Source of the DNA: Octopus vulgaris
Lineage: Eukaryota
Direction of reading: 5' to 3'
Assembly (NCBI GenBank): GCA_951406725.2
Contig: OX597833.1
Span: 60,636,001 to 60,700,000, forward strand
DNA length: 64,000 nucleotides
Every line of letters begins with the position of its first letter. Position 1 is the first letter of the stretch. Below the pieces are notes generated by a model. It searched no databases. It was not told where the DNA came from and worked only from the letters and a program-made list of their open reading frames with translations. Shown here piece after piece: positions 26,289 through 37,603 of the stretch. The position numbers were made by a program, and so were the translations under genes.

Positions 26289-26362
26289 GTCCCAATAGCT
26301 CAACAGTTTAGAGCACTGGTCTCGTAAACCAGGGGTCGTGGGTTCGAATCTCACTGAGAGCA
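26289..26362 (+). pseudogene. tRNA-Thr(CGT) pseudogene (retrocopy)
   Basis: tagctc...gagca ctggt ct CGT aa accag gggtc gtggg ttcgaat ctcac; anticodon and T arms fold, acceptor stem has 3 mismatches, D-loop lacks GG. Confidence 0.8.
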
Positions 26363-28269
26363 ATGCATCAGCATGTCTTGCTTTTCGGTATTTCGTCAGC
26401 CGCTACGTTCTGAGTTCAAATTCCGCCGAGGTCGACTTTGCCTTTCATCTTTTTCGGGGTCGATTAAATAAGTACCAGTTACGCACTGGAGTCAAGGTAA
26501 TCGACTTAATCCGTTTGTCTGTCCTTGTTTTTTCCCCTCTGTGTATAGCCCCTTGTGAGTAGTAAAGAAATAGGTATTATTCCTGCAGGAGTTGAATGCG
26601 AGTCAACTTTGAGCTGGTAGGCTTGGGTCGATTAAGGAACGTCTATATGACAACTCTAGGCCAGAGTTCCATCTGGATATGGTAGAGGAGGAATGGAAGT
26701 GAATTTAGGAATAATTTAGCCTAGTCAACAAGCGTCTTCGACTGAACAGTTTACGACACTAAAGACACTTTGGACGAGGGGCACCTTAACCATCCAGGAG
26801 GGTTGCAATGCAGACAACAGTACAGACTATGGCAGGGAGAGGTATCCAGGAGTCCATGACCTGGATGCAACCCGCTCCCACCGCCAACATCACCAGAATG
26901 TAAGGAGCTAAGGGCCGGAATACCTGCAAGTGTTAGAGAACGTAGACTCAGATCAATTAAGGAACATCAATATGATAATTTAAAATAGTAGAAACAACCA
27001 CTAAATCTCCTTCAAAAGACACCCTGCAGCACTCGACATATTGTGATGTATAGTCTAGGATAATAAAACTGTCAAAATTGACAAAGTGTGGAGAGTTATA
27101 GCTATGATGTCTGACCAGACAGGTTTACACACACACATATGGAAGAGATGGATCGAGAGAAGCAGAGATACCCACAACTGGGTGCGGGTTTGAGGGGACA
27201 CAGAATTCCCTCTCCGTCTCATCGGTGTCTGTTTGAAGTGGAGAAGCATGTTTGATGCCGGCTACTGAGAGACTCCCTCCTCTGTTACATCATTGACGCA
27301 GTGACTATGAGATGAAAAATTGTAAATAATTAAACGATTAAAAGGAGGAAATGAAAGAAAAAAAAATCGTCTACAGAACAGATTAAATGGAAACAGTTGT
27401 GTCTTCTTTGATAAAGAAGCTCTTGCCTCTGTGTGTGTGTGTGTGTTTTGTGAAATCTGTAAGTGTGTATGATGTAGGTATATCGTGTTTTCATGCGATT
27501 GATTTCACATCCTTCCATTTTTAAAGTGATTCTATTAATTCTATCTAATGTGATTCCTTGGACATACTTGTTCCTTGTTTGGCAGCGTTGAAATCTCCAA
27601 CGATGGATGATTACACGAATCTTTGTTTATTTTCAGAATTCAGGACTCTTGATCATTTGGTCTCCATAACCAATAAAATCGAAAATAATTATATTTCTGA
27701 CTTGTACTTCGTTGGAGAACTGCATACAAATCTTATTACATTACAGAAAAGTCGTTATAGACATTTTAAATACACACATATTATACATACATACATATAC
27801 ACCATATATATATTATAAATATACCGTTATATTTTTCAAGTAGTTCCGTGGTATATTATACACGCTAAAATGTGTATATGTGTGTGTGTAGAGTATGATA
27901 GACTATTACTGATAAAGTGTCATATCTACATGGACAATGGAAGATTAGTAAATGTTTAATAATCACACGGAAACTTAAACTAAAAGTGAATCTGTGAGAT
28001 CGAAATATCTCCGATGTATCCATCAAGATGTCGAATGTAAAATAATGATGTAATAAAAAAAGAAACTTGATGTTAGATATGAATCGGTACCAGAGCTCGT
28101 ATATAAATGTATTGACGTATGTGTGTATATATACTCTCACACACGTTGATCAATGACAGTTCTTTGTGCCCCTGATTCTGCCATTCGGTGGCAATCTTAT
28201 AAGCTATGCCTCAATACATTCATATATACACGGAAACATACACCCATATACATGTGTGTGTGTGTGTGT

Positions 28270-28965
28270 GTAGTGTAGTGTTAATCAGCCACAGAATATA
28301 TATTAATAAATAGATTCCTTGTCCATTGATCTTTTATTTGTTGACCGGAGAAAGGTTTAGTTTCCGCATATATATACATATATACACTTACATATATACA
28401 GACATGCATTTATATACACACAAAAACAAAATCACACACATATGTATGTGTGTGTGTATGTCTGTATATATGTGTATGTATGTGTGTGTGTGTGTCTGTA
28501 TTTGATGTCTGTATATATGTGTATGTATGTGTGTGTGTCTGTATGTATTTGATGTCTGTATATATGTGTATGTATGTGTGTGTGTGTGTCTGTATTTGAT
28601 GTCTGTATATATGTGTATGTATGTGTGTGTGTGTGTTTGATGTCTGTATATATGTGTATGTATGTGTGTGTCTGTATTTGATGTCTGTATATATGTGTAT
28701 GTATGTGTGTGTGTGTGTGTATGTCTATATTTGATGTCTGTATATATATGTGTGTATGTATGTGTGTGTGTGTGTATGTCTGTATTTGATGTCTGTATAT
28801 ATGTATGTGTGTGTGTGTGTAGTGCTAATCAGCCACAGAATATATATTTATAGATTCCTTGTCCATCGATGTTTTATTTGTTGATCGGAGAAAGGTTTAG
28901 TTTCCGCATACACATACATATATACACTTACATATATACAGACATGCATTTATATACACACACAT
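28270..28965. repeat. Local direct duplication (~150 bp) separated by a compound TG/TA minisatellite
   Basis: taatcagccacagaatatatatt...cagacatgcatttatatacacaca at about 28280-28420 and 28825-28962. Confidence 0.8.
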
Positions 28966-29401
28966 ATGTCTGTGTGTCTATATTTGATGTATGTATATAT
29001 GTTGTGGATCAACAAGGAATGTCGATGACGGTAAGGGTAAATGTATATATAGGTGAACCAAACCGAAATTATAAACAAATCAGGAAAATAATTCAACGGA
29101 GAGTAAAGAAGAAAAAAAATGAAATGATAGCACAAAGAAATGAGAAAGGTTTTTGATATGCGATGGAGAATCTGTGGGAAATACAGTGACGTGGATAAAA
29201 TGACGGCTATACATGATCGTGTCGTGTCTTACCTGAGTTGACAATTTCGGAGCGGAGAGATTAAAGGTGTAACAGCGAAGAAATGAAACCGTGACTAATA
29301 AATTATGAAGACAAAGTTAGAAGGGGAGTGGTGAATGAATGAGTGAGATAGAGAGAGAGGGGAGAGAGAGAGAGAGAAAGTGGTAGAGTGAGAGAGAGGG
29401 G

Positions 29402-29640
29402 AGCAGAATGAGTGAGGTAAATAACAGTGTGAGAGGGTGACAGCGTGAGTGAACACATTGAGTGATGTGGAGAAGAAGGAAGAGTGGTACATATATGTAT
29501 GTGTGGGGAGAGAAAGAGGTAGTGAGAGAGAGAGAGAGAGTAGCAGAATGAGTGAGGTAAGTACCAGCGCGAGAGGGTGACAGCGTGAGTGAACACATTG
29601 AGTGATGTGGAGAAGAAGAAAGAGTGGTACATATGTGTGT
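29402..29640. repeat. 140-bp tandem duplication, purine-rich
   Basis: agcagaatgagtgaggtaa...gagtggtacatat at 29402 and 29542. Confidence 0.85.
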
Positions 29641-30469
29641 TTATAAATAAATAGATAGATAGATAGATAAAGAGAGAGGGGGACAATGAAGGAGGATGTT
29701 GTGAGATAAACTACACTCCAACTTGTAGCTTCAGCAACGTAGACCTTTTTCATTGGTCAATACTGAGCACATGACCGAAAACAGATGTACTTTAAGTAAG
29801 TGAAAGAGAAGTTGTAAATAAGAGAGGGAATGGAATCTATTTTGGCTGGCTTTGATAATTCCTGATATAAAAGAATTTTAGCAAAGTAATAGGGATGAGG
29901 ATGCTGGTGTTCAACATCGACATAATATAGGATTTGATAACTGTCTTCTACGATGACATAATTGCACTCTTACGAATTTGCGCACGTAACTTCCTTTAAT
30001 TTACCAAGTTCTGTGTATCAGAGGTTAAATGCCACTGCTTGGTAGACCGTGCGTGTGTGTGCCGATATATATATATATATATATGATGACGTCTGTCTTT
30101 ATGTTCTGAGTTCAAATTCCGCCGAGGTCGAGGCAAGACTTCCGTTCCCCATCCAAACCACCCTTGAAAATTTTTTTTTCTTTCGACACTAATACCCCCA
30201 CCCCCTACACACACACACACTTTTCGGCTACGGGGAATACGAATCTGCAAAAACATTGGCAAAAGTCGACATTTCTAAATTACCACCCCCACCCCCATTT
30301 CCTTCATTTTAAACTTTTTTTCATAATTTTTTTTCTCCCCCTCCCCCAAAATATGCGGAAAAATACGAAGATTATGATTCTGAAAAAAATTTCCAAAATT
30401 CTTTATAAAATTTTTTTTTAAGAATTTTTTTTTTTTCTAAATATGCGGAAAAATATGGACTTCGCATTT

Positions 30470-31505
30470 GCAAGCTGAGTTTAGTGTCCAATGAAGGAAA
30501 GGTATGCATAAGTGGGCTGGTTACACCACTACCATAGGCCACAAGTTATGGTCTCACTTGGTTTGCTGGGTCTTCTCATACACTGCATATTTCCAAAGGT
30601 CTTGGTCACTAGTCATTGCCTCGGTGAGGCCTAATGTTTGAAGTTCGTTCTTCACCACCTCTTCCACAGGTTCCCTCAACTGCTAGGGTGTGGCACTTTT
30701 TCACACAGCTATCCTCATCCAATCCCGCCACATGCCCATACCAGCGCAGTTGTCTCTCTTGCACACCACATCTGATGCTTCTTAGGTCCAACTTTTCTCT
30801 CAAGGTACCTACACTCTGTCGAATATGCACACTGACATTACACATCCATCAGAGCATACTGGCTACATTTCTTGCGAGCTTACGCATATCCTCAGCAGTC
30901 ACGGCCCATGTAGCATGGCTGTTCATACACATGCGTCATACAGTCTACCTTTTACTCTGCGCTAGAGGCTCTTTGTCACCAGCAGAGGTAAGAGCTCTCT
31001 GAACTTTGCCCAGGCTATTCTTATTCTAGCAGTTAAACTTTTAGCGCACCCTCCCCCACAACTGATTTGGTAACCTAGGTAACGGAAGCTATCAACTACT
31101 TCTAGTTTTTCTCCCTGGAAAATGGCAGTTGTTCTCAGCACATTTTCAGTGTTTATTGCTCCTGAGCATCTGCCACATACAAAAACTATCTTCCCAGTTA
31201 GCCTTCCTTTGATATTGCTGCACTGGGTACATCTTATAGAGTTTCTACCTACGCCTTTTCTACAGATCGAGCAGAGCCATCTACCTGAAGGGATTTGTGG
31301 TTTGTCTGCCTTCCTACTTATTAGGACTTTGGTTTTAGCTAGGTTGACTCTAAGGCCCTTCAATTCTAATCCTTGTTTCCACACCTGAAACTTCTCCTCT
31401 AGTTCTGATAGTGACTCAGCAATTAGAGCAAAGTCATCAGCATAGAGGAGCTCTCAGGGGCATCCTGTCTTGAATTCCTCTATTATTGCCTGGAGGACTA
31501 TGATA
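30470..31505 (-). mobile_element. Degraded RTE LINE fragment (same family as 35038-37100)
   Basis: GLRVNLAKTKVL, LEVVDSFRYLG and RWYGHVA motifs with frameshifts and deletions. Confidence 0.9.
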
Positions 31506-31534
31506 CATACATACACACACACACATATATATAT

Positions 31535-31962
31535 TGCCTTTAGTCGAGGAAATCGAAGTGGTTGATGATTTCATCTTCTTGGCTCCAAAATAAATCGAGA
31601 TGGTGACTGCCCCCAGTACTTATACTATCGGTACTCTTTTGCCAAATGGTCAGCATGAAGAGTACGGGAACATAGAGACATCACTCACTACCAAATGCAG
31701 ATTGGTGAATGCAATAGCAATGTTGGGGGGACAAACACACACATATATATATATATATACGATGGGCTTCTTTCAGTTTCCCGTCTACCAAATCACACCA
31801 AGCATAGATTGGCATATTTTGGTCATATTATGCGGAGAGAATCCCTGGAGAAGGACATCATGCTCAGAATGGTCAGCGGCAAGAGAGGAAGAGGCCGACC
31901 AAGAACCCGCTGGTTTGACACCATGTGGTTGGTAAGCAAGCTACTTACCACACAGCCACTCC
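31535..31962. mobile_element. Mosaic of SINE family B (-) and BovB-like RTE (+) segments
   Basis: RTE-like peptides EEIEVVDDFIF/GSKINRDGDC (31546-31610), DI-SLTTKCRLVNAI (about 31670-31716) and YFGHIMRRESLEKDIML...GKRGRGRPRTRWFD (31800-31919) alternate with SINE B blocks. Confidence 0.7.
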
Positions 31963-32507
31963 AATATTTTATTGTGAATGGTTTTGTTAAGCACTATTGA
32001 GTTTTACAATTCTGTAAATAATAATAGTATTTTTATAAGCTTAAAGCTTATACTGATCACCAGGCAATGACTAAAAAAAATAGTCTTATAATATCTGTGC
32101 ATATGTGTATAAGAATACATACATGTATGTGTGTGTGTAGATCTTGTACAATTACAATAAGTACTCTAGAATGTATATAGCATAACTACAATCCTGAAAC
32201 TTTGACCTAGATTCAATTCAAGGCTTCCTTAAATTCTGATAATGCTCTTCTGAGAAGCACGAACATCACCAAATCTAGTTCGCATGAATTTGATGAGTAG
32301 CGTTTAAGTAAGAAATGAAATTATAACAATAGTACATTAGTTCAGTCCCTGTTGTAGTTACTTCAATTATTTTGTTTATCTTGGTGGCAGAGAGAAATGT
32401 ATATCAAGTCACAGTTCACTGTTAAGCCTTACTTGCATTACTATTTTCGGAGGTGGATTAAAAAAAACTAACAGGGTAACCAACCATAAGATATTCTGAC
32501 AATCCAT

Positions 32508-32735
32508 TTAACCCTTTTGTTACCAACCCGGCTGAAACCGGCACTGGCTCTGAGTACGAATGTCTTGTTTTCATAAGTTCTGAATTAAAATCTTCCACCA
32601 AACCTTAGTCACAATTTATGTTCCTAACACTAGCTGAATGGTAACTAAGTTATTTTACAAAATTCTTTGTTATATTTAAAGTAATTGAAAGAAACACAGA
32701 GCATCTCAACAGAAATACAGTAACAAAAGGGTTAA
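32508..32735. mobile_element. piggyBac-like MITE family B
   Basis: TTAA-cccttttgttac...gtaacaaaaggg-TTAA; copies at 46076-46299, 46323-46545 and 39841-40584 (Helitron-interrupted). Confidence 0.85.
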
Positions 32736-35037
32736 AGTGGTGATCTGGCAAACTGTTAGTACACTGGGCAAAATGCTTGGCAGCACTTTGCCTATCTTTT
32801 CATTCTGAGTTCAAATTCCACCAAGGTTGGCTTTACTTTTCCTCCTGTGTGAGTGCAAATATATAAATCATCATCATCATCATTTAGCGTCCGCTTTCCA
32901 TGCTGGCATGGGTTGGACAGTTCAACTGGGGTCTGGGAAGCCAGAAGGCTGCACCAGGTCCAGTCTGATCTGGCACTGTGTCTACGGCTGGATGCCCTTC
33001 CTAACGCCAACTACTCCATGAGTGTAGTGGGTGCTTTTTATGTGCCAGACGAGGCTGGCAAACGGCCACGATCGGATGGTGCTTTTTACGTTCCACCGGC
33101 ACGGGGGCCAGGCGAGGCTGGCAAACGGCCACGAATGGATGGTGCTTTTTACGTGCCATCAGCACGAGGCCAGTCGGGGTGGCGTTGGCAAAAGCCCAGT
33201 GCTGGCAACGGCCAATGTATGCATATAACCATTAATCCCTACACATTTTATACTAACTTACAAAATCAGCTTTATAATTCAAAGTAACTGAGATACAATA
33301 AAATTTTTAAAATACAATATATTAGTCAGCTAGTAACAGATTGTGGAGAAAATGCTACCAGCTGAGAACTTATATAGAATATTCTATTTTAATTTTTTTT
33401 TTTTTGTGTATAGGTCACATGAGTGAACAGTACATATAGGTGATTTAAACTAGACATAAAAAAAAACGAAATACATTTAACCCATAGCAAAGAGATATGT
33501 AGTCTTTAAAAAGTGTCACATCTATTAACTGATCAGCATTCAGCTTCCTAACACTAACATTAAAACAGAATTAAAAAACCCATTACAATTTTCAGGTTTA
33601 CATGTTAAAAAACTGGATACAGTGTCCTACATTTTAACAGCTGATACATAATTTGTACACAATGAATATTTTTGTACATAACGAAAACATTATTAGTGTT
33701 AATTATGTCTCCACAGTCCGTTATAAGAGGAAGTCAAAAGACAGTGTGCTGCTGGCCCAACAGAATGTAACAGACTGAGAAATGTTCTTCCAACATCCTT
33801 CCAAGTGCATGCTTGTTGAAAGCATAACACTCAAACATGTTTATGATAAACATTTTAACCCTTTTCATACAACTCCAGGTTCATCATCATCGTTTAACGT
33901 CCGTTTTCCATGCTAGCACCGGTTGGACGGTTCGACCGGGGTCTGGGAAGCCAGGAGGCTGCACCAGGCTCCAGTCTGATCTGGCAGTGTTTCTACAGCT
34001 GGATGCCCTTCCTAACGCCAACCACTCCGCGAGTGTAGTGGGTGCTTTTTACATGCCACCGGCACAGGTGCCAGGTGAGTCTGGCATCGGCCACGATTGG
34101 TTGGTGCTTTTAACGTGCCACCGGCACGGAAGCCAGTCAAGGCAGCACTGGCATCGGCCACGTTCAGATGGTGCATTTTATGTGCCACCAGCACAGAAGC
34201 CAGTCGAGGCGGCGCTGGCATCGGCCACGTTCAGATGGTGCATTTTATGTGCCACCAGCACAGAAGCCAGTCGAGGCTGGCATCGGCCACGTTCGGATGG
34301 TGCTTTTTATGTGCCACCGGCACAGGTATCACAACTACTATTTCCATTGATATTTATTTCGATGTTCATGTACTTGACTCAATAGGTCTCCTCAAGCACA
34401 GCGGGATGTTCTGGTATCCAAGGTACTTTAAATGGGCAGGGGCTATGCGGGACTGATGACATAAACTTACTGTTTTTAAGTAGTTTGTATTATAATCTTC
34501 CAACAAAATTTTATGTTAATTTGTTCCAAACCGCAGCTTAATAACGAGGAAGTTATTTTACTAAATACTTCGTTATTATAAAAATTAATTGAAACAAAGG
34601 CAACATATTGACAGAAATATAGCAAAAACAAGGCAGCAAGCTGGCAGAAACGTTAGCAAAGTTAGCACTGTCAGTCTTCTTGTTAAGGACACACATGCGC
34701 ATGCACGTGCACACACAGACGTACATATGTGCATGCGCACACACATGTACATGTATGCATGCACACACACACACACACACTTCCTGAGCTTTTGATAAGC
34801 AACTTGAACGCAGTTGTTGAATTTTATTAGAAACCAATAACTATATTTGTGATAAATGAGGAGTGGCTGTGTGGTAAGTAGCTTGCTAAACAGCCACATG
34901 GTTCCGGGTTCAGTCCCACTGCGTGGCATCTTGGGCAAGTGTCTTCTGCTATAGCCTCGGGCTGACCAAAGCCTTGTGAGTGGATTTGGTAGACGGAAAC
35001 TGAAAGAAGCCTGTCGTATATATATATATATATATAT

Positions 35038-37100
35038 CATCATCATCATCATCATCATCGTTTAACGTCCGCTTTCCATGCTAGCATGGGTTGGACGGTT
35101 CAACTGGGGTCTGGCAAGCCCGAAGGCTGCACCAGGCCAGTCAGATCTGGCAGTGTTTCTACAGCTGGATGCCCTTCCTAACGCCAACCACTCCGAGAGT
35201 GTAGTGGGTGATTTTATGTGCCACCGACACAGGTGCCAGACGAGGCTGGCAGACGGCCACGCTCGGATGGTGTTTTTTATGTGCCACCGACACAGGTGCC
35301 AGATGAGGCTGGCTGACGGCCACGCTCGGATGGTATTTTCTTATGTGTCACCGACACAGGTGCCAGACGGGGATGGCGGACGGCCACGCTCGGATGGTGT
35401 TTGTTACGTGCCCTCAGCACGGAGGCCAGTCGTTGCGGTACTGGCTACGATCACGTTCGGATGGTTTTCTTATGTGCCACCGGCACTGGTACCACAAGGA
35501 TACAAATTCCATTGATGTTCATCTATTTTGATTTGGTTCGATTTGATTTGATTTGATTCGATTCGATTCTCACTTGCCTAACAGGTCTTCACAAGTGTCA
35601 CAAGAAGGAAGGTATGCACAGGTGGACTGACTACGTCCCAGGTAGGGGCCACGGATTATGGCTTCACTAGTCTTGCCGGGTCTTCTCACGCACAGCATAC
35701 TTCCATAGGTCTCGGTCTCTAGTCATTTCCATGGTGAGACCTAACGTCCGAAGGTCGTGCTTCACCACTTCGTCCCAGGTTTTCCTGGGTTTACCTCTTC
35801 CACGGGTTCCCTCAACTGCTAGGGATTGGCACTTTCTCACACACCTATCTTCATCCATTCTCGCCACATGACCATACCAGCGCAATCGTCTCTCTTGCAC
35901 ACAACAACTGATGCTTCTTAGGTACAACATTTCTCTCAAGGTACTAACGCTCTGTCGAGTAAGTACACTGACACTACACATCCATCGGAGCATACTGGCT
36001 TCATTCCTCACAAGCTTACGCATGTCCTCAGCAGTCACGGCCCATGTTTCACTGCCATGTAGCATAGCTGTTCGTACACATGCATCATACAGTCTGCCTT
36101 TTACTCTGAGCGAGAGGCCTTTAGTCACCAGCAGAGGTAAGAGCTCCCTAAACTTTGCCCAGGCTATTCTTATTCTAGCAGTTACACTTTCAGCGCACCC
36201 GCCCCCACTACTGACTTGGTCACCTAGATAGCGGAAGCTATCAACTACTTCTAGTTTTTCCCCCGGAAAGTGACGGAAGTTGTTTTCTGCAGATTTTCGG
36301 AGGTCAATGCTCCAGAGCATCTGCCACATACAAAAACTATCTTCCCAGTTAGCCTACCTTTGACATTGCTGCACCTCTTATGTGTCCATAGCTTACACTG
36401 GGTACATCTTATAGAGTTTCTACCTACACCTTTTCTACAGATCGAGCAGGGCCATCTTCCTGAGGATATTTGTGGATTTTCTAACTTTCTACTTATTAGT
36501 ACTTTGGTTTTAGCTAGGTTGACTCTAAGGCCCCTCGATTCTAAACCCTCCTTCCACACCTGGAACTTCTCCTCCAGTTCTGATAGTGACTCAGCGATTA
36601 GAGCGAGGTCGTCAGCATAGAGGAGCTCCCAGGGGCAACCTGTCTTGAATTCCTCCACAATTGCCTGGAGGACTATGATAAATAGGAGGGGGCTGAGTAC
36701 TGAACCCTGGTGGACCCCAACCTCTACCTTGAATTCTTCTGTGTACATGCTGCCAACTCTAACCTTACTTACGGCATCTCTGTACATGGCTTGCACAGCC
36801 CTCACCAGCCATTCATCTATCCCTAGTTTCCTCATTGACCACCAGATGAGGGAACGGGGAACCCTATCAAAGGCTTTCTCCATGTCAACGAAAGCCAGGT
36901 ACAGGGGCTTATCTTTGGCTAGGTATTTCTCCTGCAGCTGCCTTACCAGGAATATAGCATCAGTGGTGCTTTTCCCTGGGACAAACCCAAACTGCATCTC
37001 ATCTAAACTAACTCTCTCTCTAATTAGTTGGGCTATGACCCTCTCCGTAACCTTCATTACCTGATCCAACAGCTTGATACCTCTGTAATTATTTGTATCT
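35038..37100 (-). mobile_element. 5'-truncated RTE-clade LINE (RT domain, PHD finger, C-terminus, 3' UTR, (GAT)n tail) inserted in the TA tract of a SINE B
   Basis: NYRGIKLL, QFGF, FVDMEKAFDRV, GVHQGSVLSPLLF, LYADDL, FRYLG; one frameshift near 36262; stop at 35667. Its 3' UTR is the repeat seen at 3220-3750, 4617-4888, 8069-8447, 18455-18807, 19610-19946, 20601-20950, 32866-33215, 33881-34455, 42617-42861, 51780-52108 and elsewhere. Confidence 0.93.
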
Positions 37101-37405
37101 ATATATATATATATATATATATGTATGTTTGTGTGTCTGTGTTTGTCCCTCTAGCATTGCTTGACAACCGATGCTGGTGTGTTTACGTTCCCGTCACTTA
37201 GCGGTTCGGCAAAGGAGACCGATAGAATAAGTACTGGGCTTACAAAGAATAAGTCCTGGGTCGATTTGCTCGACTAAAAGGCGGTGGTCCAGCATGGCCA
37301 CAGTCAAATGACTGAAACAAGTAAAAGAGTAAATAATAATAAAAATATTTCAACACAATGTTCATTTTTAATAATAATAATAATAATAATAATTCTTTCT
37401 GATTG

Positions 37406-37603
37406 TTATTCCGAATAACCATATAACTGTCCTTCCAAAAGTGCCCGATAATTATCCCTTGAAGCTTTCCTTGGTATTCTGCCAACAGGTTCCAAATCAT
37501 TGTAGCATTTATCAAAGACTTCATTCACAATTTCTAAAGCTGCTTCATTCGATATATTCCGAACAATAACAATGGATTTCACGGCTTGCTGTTTCACACA
37601 ATC
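37406..37603 (-). CDS. ATP23: Mitochondrial inner membrane protease ATP23, coding exon 6 (DCVKQQA...CYNDLEPVGRIP...YSE*)
   Basis: Acceptor ttattacag at 37604; phase 0; resembles the ATP23 C-terminal CV...A..SI..VRNIS...VF..C.ND.EP.GRIP pattern. Confidence 0.92.
   Translation of the reverse strand, partial: DCVKQQAVKSIVIVRNISNEAALEIVNEVFDKCYNDLEPVGRIPRKASRDNYRALLEGQLYGYSE

Noticed and set aside
26289-26362. Functional tRNA genes (also 52446-52517)
   Set aside because: Broken acceptor or anticodon stems; called pseudogenes.
26590-27320. GC-richer unique-looking segment
   Set aside because: No open frame or motif I could identify; probably old TE debris and needs a BLAST search.
27558-27818. 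Possible + strand exon after tttattttcag (27636)
   Set aside because: No recognisable homology and no convincing donor or partner exon.
33837-34456. Recurrent ORF family LQLDALPNANHS...
   Set aside because: Antisense translation of the RTE 3' UTR; frame and stops are not conserved between copies.
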